A stretch of 64,000 nt of DNA from a virus. Its lineage: Duplodnaviria > Caudoviricetes. Where the stretch lies: IMG/VR virus record IMGVR_UViG_2898545487_000004, positions 879-64,878 of that record. One strand, 5' to 3'. Each line of letters starts with the position of its first letter. Positions within the stretch are counted from its first letter, which is position 1. Both the position numbers and the translations under genes were made by a program. This document shows, piece by piece, positions 28,492-37,099 of this stretch. Below the pieces are notes generated by a model. That model worked only from the letters and a program-made list of their open reading frames with translations, was not told the origin of the DNA and made no database searches.

Positions 28492-29045
28492 CGGCGTCGA
28501 AGCCCGCGCGCGGCAAGAAGGTTGTCGCAGGTGGCGCGTTCGTCGCCGCACTCGCCATCGCAACGCCGTTCATCGGCGGATGGGAGGGTAAGTCGAACGA
28601 TCCTTACTTCGACATCGCCCGTGTCCAGACGGTCTGTTACGGCGAGACGCGCGTTGAGATGCGCCGTTACACCGACGCCGAATGTCTCGCGATGCTGAAC
28701 GATGCGGTCGCAGATTTCATGCAGCCGGTCGCCGAGATGACCCCGACCATTGCCGACAATCCGAAGGTGCTCGCCGCCGCGACATCGCTGGCCTACAATG
28801 CTGGCGCGGCGAACTATCGTGGCAGCACCGTCCACCGCAAGTTTCTGGCGGGAGATTTCAAGGGTGGCTGTCTCGCCATCGCGGCATGGAACAAGTCGAC
28901 CGTCTCGAGCGCGACAGCGCGCAAGCTGTCAGCGAAGGGAGAGACCTGCACCCGAAAGGCGAACGGCGCCTGGCTCTGCACGATCAAGGGTCTGACGAAC
29001 CGTCGAGCCGATGAAATCAAGCTATGTCTCGGGGGTTTGTCATGA
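28488..29045 (+). CDS. GH24 lysozyme, SAR-type endolysin
   Basis: Gly/Ala-rich N-terminal TM then WEG...PYFDIARVQTVCYGET; SLAYNAG; GLTNRRADE. Confidence 0.92.
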   Translation: MTASKPARGKKVVAGGAFVAALAIATPFIGGWEGKSNDPYFDIARVQTVCYGETRVEMRRYTDAECLAMLNDAVADFMQPVAEMTPTIADNPKVLAAATSLAYNAGAANYRGSTVHRKFLAGDFKGGCLAIAAWNKSTVSSATARKLSAKGETCTRKANGAWLCTIKGLTNRRADEIKLCLGGLS

Positions 29046-29251
29046 TCGCCGCCATCATCATCATGCTCTGGTGCATCATCGCCGCGGCGCTGCTCTACTG
29101 GTTCGCTGACGACATCTGGTTCGCCGCCGATGACCTGGACGACCTGTTCGTCGCCTTCGCAATGTTCCTCTACTGCATATTCTGGCCCGTGACGATCGTC
29201 GTCGTCTTGACCACCGTTGCACGCGACCTGTGGCGGGCGCACCGATGCTGA
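29024..29251 (+). CDS. Small membrane protein between endolysin and spanins
   Basis: Two long hydrophobic stretches. Confidence 0.55.
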   Translation: MSRGFVMIAAIIIMLWCIIAAALLYWFADDIWFAADDLDDLFVAFAMFLYCIFWPVTIVVVLTTVARDLWRAHRC

Positions 29252-29712
29252 ACCGATATATCTATGGCGCTGTCGGAGCTGTTCTGCTCGCCGTGACGCT
29301 ATGGGGTGTTCGCGTCAACCATTTGCGCGACCACTGGAAGACATCCTATACCGAGCTTCGGGATGAAGCAGGCGTCGTGCTGCTTGCCGTCCGCAGCGCG
29401 TCTGGCAACCCCGATCTCGACTGGAAGGACACGGCGCAGCAGGTCGCCGAGATCGACAAGTCGCTGACCATCTGGCGCGACACCGCGAAGTCGCAGTCCG
29501 TCACCATCGACACGCTGGGACGCGAATCCGCGCGGCTCCGCAAACAGAATGCGGAACTCGCCGCAAAGGTCGCCGCCGCCAACGCGCGGCGTGATGCGGC
29601 TATCGCACGCCTCGAGCAAGACAGTCTCAAACCAGGTGACGTCGCCGATTGTTGGGCGCAGATCCGCGCGGCCGATGATGCGCTGAACACCCTGTATCGA
29701 GAGGGGTTCTGA
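29245..29712 (+). CDS. Inner-membrane spanin (Rz-like)
   Basis: N-terminal TM then coiled coil; after endolysin. Confidence 0.72.
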   Translation: MLNRYIYGAVGAVLLAVTLWGVRVNHLRDHWKTSYTELRDEAGVVLLAVRSASGNPDLDWKDTAQQVAEIDKSLTIWRDTAKSQSVTIDTLGRESARLRKQNAELAAKVAAANARRDAAIARLEQDSLKPGDVADCWAQIRAADDALNTLYREGF

Positions 29713-29981
29713 TGCGCCGAGTGACGATCGCCCTCCCCATCCTGCTCACGGCGTGCAGCACACCGACGATCGTTCGTGACCGTGTGACGCCCGTCTCGGT
29801 CCCGGTGATCCAGCCCTGCGCATCGGAGAAGCCGGGACCCATCGCACCCATAAATCAACGCAATTCGCAGGAGCAATGGAACGCGATGAGTCACAAGCAA
29901 CGCGCCGAAGTCGCAGCCGCACAGGCCCTGCGCCGTCTCAACCATGGTGCGGCGCTCGCCGCCGCAACATCGGCCTGCTGA
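29712..29981 (+). CDS. Outer-membrane spanin lipoprotein (Rz1-like)
   Basis: Lipobox LLTAC; Pro-rich. Confidence 0.75.
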   Translation: MRRVTIALPILLTACSTPTIVRDRVTPVSVPVIQPCASEKPGPIAPINQRNSQEQWNAMSHKQRAEVAAAQALRRLNHGAALAAATSAC

Positions 29982-29982
29982 T

Positions 29983-30243
29983 ATGCCCGTCGACCAGTTC
30001 GCCCGCGACGCAGCGCGGAAGGCGCAGAGCGATATCGAATCGCACGAAGAGATCTGCGCGGAGCGTTACAAGAATATCAACACCAACATTTCCGACCTGA
30101 AGACCGAAATCCGCCGTGGCGGATCGATCGCGCTGACGATCATCATCGCCCTGCTCGCATGGTTCGCGGTGAACTATATCAGCGAGTTCAAGGACAATAT
30201 GCAGTTGCGCCGCGCGATGGTCGAGCAACAGCAGGTCAAATAA
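29983..30243 (+). CDS. Small coiled-coil plus TM protein (XhlA/holin-like)
   Basis: HEEICAERYKNI then a TM helix. Confidence 0.6.
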   Translation: MPVDQFARDAARKAQSDIESHEEICAERYKNINTNISDLKTEIRRGGSIALTIIIALLAWFAVNYISEFKDNMQLRRAMVEQQQVK

Positions 30244-31877
30244 TGACCGGTTACGTCCGACATAGCGACGAGGATATCGCCGCAGTCTACAACGATACGG
30301 CGACCTATCCCCGCATGGCGGATGTCCGCGATGCGCTCGGCTATCGCAACGCGCGACATCTTTCCAAGCGTCTATCGGCCCTTCGCGCGTTGCGTCCCGA
30401 ATTGTTCACCGTCGATCGTAGCACGTATCGACCGACCAAGATGCCTGAACCGGGTCGTTACCTGGTGCGCGTCAATCCTCGCGTCGATCGCTGGCTGCTC
30501 ACGGCGGCTCAGGACGAAACGGCGATCCACGAGCCCTTCTGGCGCAACCTTCATCGCTATGCGGAGCACCTCGGCGCCGAAGTAATGGTCGGGGGCTTCA
30601 CCTACAACAAGGCACTGTTCGAGGATCATGCAGCGCGTACCGGCGTGTTCAATTCGGCAGTACAGCCCTATCTGGTCCACGACGACGTCAATCTAGGACC
30701 GTTGCTGTTCGCGGCGAAGATGAACATCCTGCCGACCGCGGTGCGACCCTTGTCGGGTCTCGACGGTTATAGTCGCGGTCGATGGGCGGTCTATCCGCAC
30801 GCGAAGGTGCAGTTGGTGTCGGTCCCCTCGCTGCCCGGCACGCACCCGGCGATGATCATGACGACCGGATGCTGCACCGTTCCGAACTACATCGAAAAGA
30901 AAGCCGGGCTGAAGGCCGAGTTCCATCATCAGATCGGCGCGACGATCGTCGAAGTCGACGAGGATGGACGCATCTTCTGCCGCCAGATCGGTGCCGCGAC
31001 CGACGGCAGTTTTCAGGATCTCGACATCGTCGTGCGCGGCGGTGAAATCGTCACCGGGCAGCGCATCGAGCAGGCGACATGGGGCGACATCCATATTCCG
31101 AAGATCGACCCGGTCGTCGCGCGCACCATCTGGGGTTACGACGTCGAGACAGGCGAAATCGCCACCGACGGCATGTTCCACGCGCTGCGACCGCGCCACC
31201 AGGCCTTCCATGACTTGTTGGATTTCTCCGCGCGCAACCATCATCGCCGCGGCGATCCACATTTCAATGTCGCGATGACCGCAGCCGGCAAGGACCGCGT
31301 CGAGGATGAAGTGCGCGCCGTTGCCCGCTTCCTGCGAGCCACAGCGGCCGACTGGTCGACGTCGGTGGTCGTCGCGTCCAACCATAATGATGCGCTCGTC
31401 CGCTGGCTGCGTGAAGCTGATCCGCGCCTAGACGCGACGAACGGGCGCTACTGGTGCGAGCTCAATGCGGAATATATGCGCCGGCTCGAGCATGGCGATC
31501 ATGACTTCGACATCATCGAATGGGCGATCAAGCGTGCTGCGGCCGATCCGCTCGACGATATCGTGTTCGTCCCCCGCAATGGTTCATACCTCGTGTGTCA
31601 GGCTGCAGGCGGCATCGAAACGGCGCTGCACGGCGACGAAGGTCCCAATGGCGCGCGCGGATCGGCGTTGAATATGAATCGCATGGCGATGCGGATCAAT
31701 CGCGGCCATGATCATACCGCGTCGATCGTCGACGGGGTTTACACGTCAGGTCTCGTCGGATTGATGGACCAGGGTTACAACAGCGGCCCTTCTTCGTGGA
31801 GCCATACTCAAACGCTCACGTACCCTTCAGCGAAGAGAACCCTGGTCACAATAATAGACGGAAAATATCGAGCCTGA
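30243..31877 (+). CDS. Calcineurin-like metallophosphoesterase-fold protein with N-terminal HTH-like region
   Basis: GDIH, FHD, SNHND, HGD and GHDH metal-ligand motifs. Confidence 0.7.
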   Translation: MTGYVRHSDEDIAAVYNDTATYPRMADVRDALGYRNARHLSKRLSALRALRPELFTVDRSTYRPTKMPEPGRYLVRVNPRVDRWLLTAAQDETAIHEPFWRNLHRYAEHLGAEVMVGGFTYNKALFEDHAARTGVFNSAVQPYLVHDDVNLGPLLFAAKMNILPTAVRPLSGLDGYSRGRWAVYPHAKVQLVSVPSLPGTHPAMIMTTGCCTVPNYIEKKAGLKAEFHHQIGATIVEVDEDGRIFCRQIGAATDGSFQDLDIVVRGGEIVTGQRIEQATWGDIHIPKIDPVVARTIWGYDVETGEIATDGMFHALRPRHQAFHDLLDFSARNHHRRGDPHFNVAMTAAGKDRVEDEVRAVARFLRATAADWSTSVVVASNHNDALVRWLREADPRLDATNGRYWCELNAEYMRRLEHGDHDFDIIEWAIKRAAADPLDDIVFVPRNGSYLVCQAAGGIETALHGDEGPNGARGSALNMNRMAMRINRGHDHTASIVDGVYTSGLVGLMDQGYNSGPSSWSHTQTLTYPSAKRTLVTIIDGKYRA

Positions 31878-31879
31878 CC

Positions 31880-32170
31880 TCAATCGGTCAGCGCAGATCC
31901 GATTTTCCGCCAGAAGGCTGCAATCGCATCATTCTGATACGCTCCATAGAGCATAACACAGGCGGTCATCGCGACATTGACATGGGCGAGCAGCATGTGA
32001 GCCTGCTCGTTGGAACGCATGTAAGCGATGATCTGCCGCGCCCGCTCGCGGCCAATCTCGCACGCATCACTATAGGAAATTTCCTTTCCAACAGCCGGCC
32101 ATAGCTCAGGCCGATGAGCATTATCCTCCGTAACATACGGAATTTCAGTCAATTTATGTTGCATTTCCAT
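31880..32170 (-). CDS. Hypothetical protein with upstream SOS box
   Basis: ATG at 32170 (MEMQHK...); AT-richer than its neighbours. Confidence 0.6.
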   Translation of the reverse strand: MEMQHKLTEIPYVTEDNAHRPELWPAVGKEISYSDACEIGRERARQIIAYMRSNEQAHMLLAHVNVAMTACVMLYGAYQNDAIAAFWRKIGSALTD

Positions 32171-32197
32171 TGTAACAGTCCCTCGAAACGAATCAGT

Positions 32198-32213
32198 TGT
32201 TCCCTCTCTGTTC
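32198..32213 (-). promoter_or_regulatory. Alphaproteobacterial LexA (SOS) box
   Basis: Minus strand GAACA-GAGAGG-GAACA, 28-43 nt upstream of ATG 32170. Confidence 0.68.
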
Positions 32214-32254
32214 ACTTAGAACAGGAAATTTCCTATTTTAGAAATCCTATTTTC

Positions 32255-33739
32255 CTAGCCAATCAAATCCTCCAAGTTATCGTGGAGACCCCCACCGATG
32301 AGCGATTCCAGATCATCCGTTTCGCCAGTGTTTACGGGCGCGGGAATCCCGCAGCGCAGTCGAATGTCGCGGCAGAAGTCGGGGTCGGCTTCCATTAGGA
32401 TCGCATCGACCCCGATGTTCTGCGCGGCGCGACCAGTCGTACCTGTTCCGGCGAAGGGGTCTAGGACGGTTCCACCTGGCGGCGTGACGAGCCGCACGAG
32501 ATGTTCCATCAATCCTTCGGGTTTGACCGTCGGATGGGTGCGGATATCGGTCGGGGTGCAGCCGCAGTCGGGTTTCGCGCCGGCCACGTGTTGCCCGCAG
32601 GTCCGACACTCGTAGATGCGATCACGCTTGGATGCCTTGGCATGGTAGTAGATCGCTTCGGCGTCGAGCGGGAAGGCGTTGAAGAAGCGTGCTGCGCTGG
32701 TGTCGGAGTCGGACCGGACGGGTGTCGGTTCGCGCGCGCCATATTCCCCGTAGCAGGCGGTCCCCGCCTGCCCCGTTCTGGATGGTTCGGTGCCGCGGAT
32801 TGCGGCTTGCTGCCCTTTGCTGTCGGGGAATAGGGCGCGGACGGAGTCGGATCTGTCGGTGATGAGATTGGCAGGGTGACGTCCGACTGGCTGCAGGAAC
32901 GGCTGACCTGTAGAAGAGTGGATGGTCCCTCCGTGTTTCACCCAGTCGGAATCGCTTGGCTTACGTTCGTCGGAATATGCACCGCCGTTCAAATCATCAT
33001 CGGTCTGCACCCGACACCCATCGATATTAACCGCCCCAACCCCATGTTTCAGCAGGTTGAGCGCGCCATTCTTCTCCGAGAAGGGCTTCTGTCCGACGTA
33101 TATCGGCTCGAGCGCTGGCTTCAGTGCCTGGGCGCCGTACGACCAGCCGTCCCATGCTGCGGCTTCGTCGGTCGCGGGCATATATTGCCCCGGCTGATAC
33201 TGGCGATCGTCGGTCTTGGTCCAGTCGCCGGTCGCGTGCTGCTGTGCGCCGGGGATCATCCGGCGCACAGCAGCACCGCTCGGAACCACGCTACCTTGTG
33301 CACCCAACGCCTTGTCAATCGCCTTTGCAGCGTCATGATCCTTCGGGAAACCCGACCCGAAAACCCATCCAAGGAACGGGTGCATCGTGAAGCCCGCCAT
33401 CTCCATCGCGCAGGCCTGCCAATGGCCGGTCGATGCACCACTGAACGCGACGCAATACCCGCCCGGCAGGAGGATTTCGTAGATCAGCGCCCAGAATTCG
33501 GGGTCGCGCTCGATGCCGGTGCCATCCCACTGCGAACCCATGAAACCTGCGGACTGCCGCGCAAACGCCCCGTCCTTGCCGTGTTTCGCCGGCGCAGCAT
33601 TCTTCGCTCCGAACCGCTTCTTGATCGACACCAACCCATAGGGTGGGTCGCAAACGACAGATTGAACCCGCACCCCCTGCCTGATCAGCCGCCGCAGCGT
33701 TTCGCGATTATCGCCTTCATGGAGGGTAACAACACTCAT
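32255..33739 (-). CDS. N6-adenine/N4-cytosine DNA methyltransferase (intact)
   Basis: VCDPPYGL; HPTVKPEGLMEHLVRLVTPPGGTVLDPFAGTGTT. Confidence 0.93.
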   Translation of the reverse strand: MSVVTLHEGDNRETLRRLIRQGVRVQSVVCDPPYGLVSIKKRFGAKNAAPAKHGKDGAFARQSAGFMGSQWDGTGIERDPEFWALIYEILLPGGYCVAFSGASTGHWQACAMEMAGFTMHPFLGWVFGSGFPKDHDAAKAIDKALGAQGSVVPSGAAVRRMIPGAQQHATGDWTKTDDRQYQPGQYMPATDEAAAWDGWSYGAQALKPALEPIYVGQKPFSEKNGALNLLKHGVGAVNIDGCRVQTDDDLNGGAYSDERKPSDSDWVKHGGTIHSSTGQPFLQPVGRHPANLITDRSDSVRALFPDSKGQQAAIRGTEPSRTGQAGTACYGEYGAREPTPVRSDSDTSAARFFNAFPLDAEAIYYHAKASKRDRIYECRTCGQHVAGAKPDCGCTPTDIRTHPTVKPEGLMEHLVRLVTPPGGTVLDPFAGTGTTGRAAQNIGVDAILMEADPDFCRDIRLRCGIPAPVNTGETDDLESLIGGGLHDNLEDLIG

Positions 33740-34044
33740 CCGATCAAATCCTCCATCGACCCCGTCGCACCCAACAGATCCTCAATCTCCACCTGGTCGG
33801 GATCGCGAGCCGCAGCGTCACACCTAGACATGTCGCGCCTCAGCCGGTCACCCTCGACCAGTGCAGCCTTCAAAGCCGCGACGGGGTCCACATTCGATCG
33901 CTCGACGTGGAATGCCCCCTGCCGCCCGCGAACCGTCGCCGATGCCAGCGCGCCGCCGAACGACTGCGGCCAGACATGCACCTGGGAACCCGCCGCAACC
34001 GCAGCACGGATCATGTCGGCAAGGTCCCCGGCCACGCCCGTCAC
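33736..34044 (-). CDS. Hypothetical protein
   Basis: Coupled start/stop overlaps at both ends; ends MEDLIG*. Confidence 0.7.
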   Translation of the reverse strand: MTGVAGDLADMIRAAVAAGSQVHVWPQSFGGALASATVRGRQGAFHVERSNVDPVAALKAALVEGDRLRRDMSRCDAAARDPDQVEIEDLLGATGSMEDLIG

Positions 34045-34322
34045 CCGATCAGATGGTCGAGGCCGAGCGCCGAGGCGTAGACTTCGTAGACGGCGCGGAA
34101 TTCCTTCACGTCAGCGACGTTCTTCTTACGATCGCGGACGATCTGGCGCATGATCTTCGGGTCGTAACCCTGCGACTTCGCTTCATTGTAGACGTCGCGG
34201 ATGTCGTCGGAGACGCCCTTCCGTTCTTCCTCGAGACGTTCGACGCGCTCGATATATTGGCGCAGCTGCGCATCGGCCGACCCGTTGTGGCCCTCGCCGG
34301 CAATCTCGTCTTCATCATCCAT
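34041..34322 (-). CDS. gapR: DUF2312 / GapR-family DNA-binding protein
   Basis: QLRQYIERVERLEEERKGVSDDIRDVYNEAKSQGYDPKIMRQIV. Confidence 0.9.
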   Translation of the reverse strand: MDDEDEIAGEGHNGSADAQLRQYIERVERLEEERKGVSDDIRDVYNEAKSQGYDPKIMRQIVRDRKKNVADVKEFRAVYEVYASALGLDHLIG

Positions 34323-34346
34323 GGAATCACTCCTGAATTGCTATAC

Positions 34347-34361
34347 TCACGTCTTACGTGA
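34347..34361. promoter_or_regulatory. Operator upstream of gapR, overlapping the sigma gene stop codon
   Basis: acTCACGTCTTACGTGAgtc. Confidence 0.78.
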
Positions 34362-34805
34362 GTCTTGGTTAATGGTCAACTGGCGGCGGGCGCGCCTCAG
34401 AATATCGCTGCCACCTTGAGGGGAAATGCCGAGCGCATGGCCGATTTCGGTCGCGCTCATCCCGTCGACCGCCGACATCAGAATCGCGTTGCGCTGCTTT
34501 TCGGTCAGCTGCGACATGGCACGATCGACGAAATACAGTTCCGCCGCAGACTCTTGCCCCGGCGCAACATAATCCTCGAACTCCACCACTGGCTTCGGGG
34601 CTCGGATCGACCGGATAAACACATAGTGGAGGACGCCGTGCAGCCACCCCAGCACGTTTCGAACCGCACCCGGATTCCTCGCGGCCTCGACGAACGCATC
34701 CTGAACAAGATCCTCGGCATTCATCGTGTTTCGACAGAGATTTGCGGCGCGCTTCAACAGAGGGCGTCGATACAGTCTGTAAGCTGCGTCGAGATCAATC
34801 GACAT
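34347..34805 (-). CDS. ECF-type RNA polymerase sigma factor-like protein (sigma2 + sigma4)
   Basis: AEDLVQDAF...WLHGVL; LTEKQRNAILMSAVDGMSATEIGHALGIS...RRARRQL; start MSIDLD at 34805. Confidence 0.82.
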   Translation of the reverse strand: MSIDLDAAYRLYRRPLLKRAANLCRNTMNAEDLVQDAFVEAARNPGAVRNVLGWLHGVLHYVFIRSIRAPKPVVEFEDYVAPGQESAAELYFVDRAMSQLTEKQRNAILMSAVDGMSATEIGHALGISPQGGSDILRRARRQLTINQDSRKT

Positions 34806-34971
34806 CCAATTCGGCCTCGATGTCGCTGGCCAACGCGCGAAACAACGTAGCAGTGCCGCGGTGGAACGACGCCTTGTCCTTGTCGCGCGTCGCCTGCACA
34901 TCGTGCCTGTCGGCGCGCTTGTTGATGTATTCGACGATGCGCTGTCTATCGGTCGGCAGTTCGGCGGGCAT
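34795..34971 (-). CDS. Small hypothetical protein (58 aa, below ORF-track cutoff)
   Basis: MPAELPTDRQRIVEYINKRADRH...; fills the gap and overlaps the sigma start. Confidence 0.55.
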   Translation of the reverse strand: MPAELPTDRQRIVEYINKRADRHDVQATRDKDKASFHRGTATLFRALASDIEAELDVD

Positions 34972-35012
34972 AGGTGTTCCTTGTGGCGGTAAAGGTTGAT
35001 GAAGGTGGGAGA

Positions 35013-35333
35013 TCAGTCGTCGCGGCGCGAAAGCCAGACCGTTTCGATAGGTGAGACTACAGACGCGCTGCCTTGGCAGAGACGTTCGATAAGGAACTCT
35101 GCGAAGTTGACAGCGTGCCGGTGAATCTGCGCGTTAGATTGCGGGAAACGCGGATAATTGATCAGATTGACCGCGAAGCCGCTCTCCATCCCCATCGTGA
35201 AGACGAAGTCGCACGGAACGATCGAGACGCACGCTCCTTGAAGGCACCATTCGCGCGAGGCCTGAACAATCTGGTCGCGCGAACCGGCGATGTAGATGGT
35301 GGCGACGAATGTCGGCGACGAGACAGCTTTCAC
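35013..35333 (-). CDS. Conserved phage hypothetical protein
   Basis: TIYIAG...CVSIVPCDFVFTMG...LINYPRFP. Confidence 0.7.
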   Translation of the reverse strand: MKAVSSPTFVATIYIAGSRDQIVQASREWCLQGACVSIVPCDFVFTMGMESGFAVNLINYPRFPQSNAQIHRHAVNFAEFLIERLCQGSASVVSPIETVWLSRRDD

Positions 35334-36103
35334 CCGATCATCTCCTGCATTTCACAGAGGAATCCGCACCCTCCAAAGTTGACTCCCTTCATGGTGGTCG
35401 GCCAGTCGCCAGGGATCTCATCTGGGAAGCAGCGAATATTGCGTGTCTTGCCATCGGGACCTTTCTCGCGTCCGATGATCACGAGACGCGCGCCGAAGCG
35501 CCGACACTGCTCCGAACGTCGTTTGAAGACTTCGGGGAACCATTTTCGGATCAACGACCAATAGTTCGGCGACGATGCTTTGACGCATCCGAGGCAGTTG
35601 CCATTCGGCATTCCGATTTCGTAAACGAAAGGTCGACGGATGCCGTTCTTCTTCAGAATTTCATGCGTGTCGCGCTTTTTGATCCCCATCTCGATGAGTG
35701 GCGCGCGCTGGTGTAGATTGGCGTGGTTCGCAACCATGCGGTCGAACCGCTTCGCGTCGAGTTTGTCGGACGTGTACCCCCAGAAATGAATGTCAGACGG
35801 CAACTGAAAATTCATGCGCGGCACGACCTTCATCGCACCTGTGCACGGCGCGCCGAGCATTCCCGATAGATATTTCTTGTGCTCGAATACCTCGTCGACG
35901 TTCGCATATTCTTCGCTGCGAATTCGAATGATGTCCTTGCCGAACCATTTTTCGAGATCATCGATGAAGCGACGGCTGTCCTCATGGACAGAATCCCCAA
36001 GGTCACAATGGACGGGCTGCGCGCCTGGATCGTTCAGCAGAACGAGATGTGCCATCACGGCACTGTTCGCTCCGTCGACCCAAAGAAGTCTGCGACCATT
36101 CAT
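35330..36103 (-). CDS. PAPS-reductase-like (adenine nucleotide alpha-hydrolase) protein
   Basis: Degenerate PP-loop VDGANSAV, HEDSRRF, GAPCTGAMK, PLIEMG, NGNCLGCVK. Confidence 0.75.
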   Translation of the reverse strand: MNGRRLLWVDGANSAVMAHLVLLNDPGAQPVHCDLGDSVHEDSRRFIDDLEKWFGKDIIRIRSEEYANVDEVFEHKKYLSGMLGAPCTGAMKVVPRMNFQLPSDIHFWGYTSDKLDAKRFDRMVANHANLHQRAPLIEMGIKKRDTHEILKKNGIRRPFVYEIGMPNGNCLGCVKASSPNYWSLIRKWFPEVFKRRSEQCRRFGARLVIIGREKGPDGKTRNIRCFPDEIPGDWPTTMKGVNFGGCGFLCEMQEMIG

Positions 36104-36131
36104 ATTAATGTACCCAACCTCGGCGAAATAA

Positions 36132-36146
36132 TCACGTTTCGCGTGA
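36132..36146. promoter_or_regulatory. Operator upstream of the PAPS-reductase-like gene
   Basis: aaTCACGTTTCGCGTGAtt. Confidence 0.8.
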
Positions 36147-36147
36147 T

Positions 36148-36714
36148 TTACAGGGAATGAAGAAGCGCGTCGACCTTCGCGGTGAGATCCGCGATCGTGC
36201 CGTCGTTGTGGATTTCAGCCATGCGCAGATGGTCGAGTCCGCCTTCGCTGGTATGCGACGCCGTGACGGTGACACCGGGTCGAACGACGCGATAGACTTG
36301 CGCCCCGAGACGATGCAGCGCGTCGAGCTCGTTTTCGTAGCGGAGATCGTCGACAATGATGCTGTTGCCGGTGCTGAGCAGGATTTTGCACCGCTCGACC
36401 GTGATGTCGGTCCAAAGATTTTCGCGCAGGGCCTTGCGTCCCCACTCGGTTCCGAGCGTCTGCATGACGCGACGCGCCGAAACCCCCATTTCGGGGATGT
36501 CGATTTCCTTGGCCTCACCCTCGACGCGCGCCTCGACTTGGTCGTGCGAATAACCGAGTTCGTAGAGCAGCGCGCGCGTCATCACCTTCAGCGGTCCGGC
36601 GAATTTCACCAGTCGAAACTGATGTCGGAACACCAAATGATCGGCGATGACCGATTTCCCCGACCCCATGGCCGGCGAGCAGAGCGCGATGATTATCGGG
36701 TGACAGGCTGACAT
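36148..36714 (-). CDS. Deoxynucleoside monophosphate kinase
   Basis: P-loop AMGSGKS, KFAGPLK, RVMQTLGTEWGR, DDLRYENE, HTSE. Confidence 0.9.
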   Translation of the reverse strand: MSACHPIIIALCSPAMGSGKSVIADHLVFRHQFRLVKFAGPLKVMTRALLYELGYSHDQVEARVEGEAKEIDIPEMGVSARRVMQTLGTEWGRKALRENLWTDITVERCKILLSTGNSIIVDDLRYENELDALHRLGAQVYRVVRPGVTVTASHTSEGGLDHLRMAEIHNDGTIADLTAKVDALLHSL

Positions 36715-36866
36715 GGTCGTTTCCTCGGAGTTGCGAACCAATCGGTCCAACGGAAGAGGTTGAGCAGGAACGTGATGCGCGCCGCGGTGGTCGTGTCGAT
36801 GCAGTCGGCGACATGTCGCCTGTCGCGGAGCACCTGTTTGCCGTTCTGGTGGTAGCGGCGTGTCAT
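36693..36866 (-). CDS. Small hypothetical protein (below track cutoff)
   Basis: MTRRYHQNGKQVLRDRRHVADC...; start overlaps the upstream stop. Confidence 0.45.
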   Translation of the reverse strand: MTRRYHQNGKQVLRDRRHVADCIDTTTAARITFLLNLFRWTDWFATPRKRPCQPVTR

Positions 36867-37099
36867 GGCAGCATATCCAGCATGTCGCGCATCGCGAAGA
36901 CGCTGACGTCACCCTTCGCTAGGTCGAAGGCTTCCATCGGCCATTGCTTTTCGGGATGGTATTCGTTTGACCCGAAGAAGATCTTCATAGGACGCGCTTC
37001 GCGTTCGGATGTTTCGCCTCGATGGTTGCGGTAGACGAAGCGGAGCGGATAGGTGTCGTCGCTGAATGCAATCAGCTTGAGGGTGCGTTGGTCGGTCAT
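36863..37099 (-). CDS. Stand-alone WYL-like domain protein
   Basis: FVYRNHRGETSERE...QWPMEAFDLAKGDVSVFAM. Confidence 0.65.
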   Translation of the reverse strand: MTDQRTLKLIAFSDDTYPLRFVYRNHRGETSEREARPMKIFFGSNEYHPEKQWPMEAFDLAKGDVSVFAMRDMLDMLP

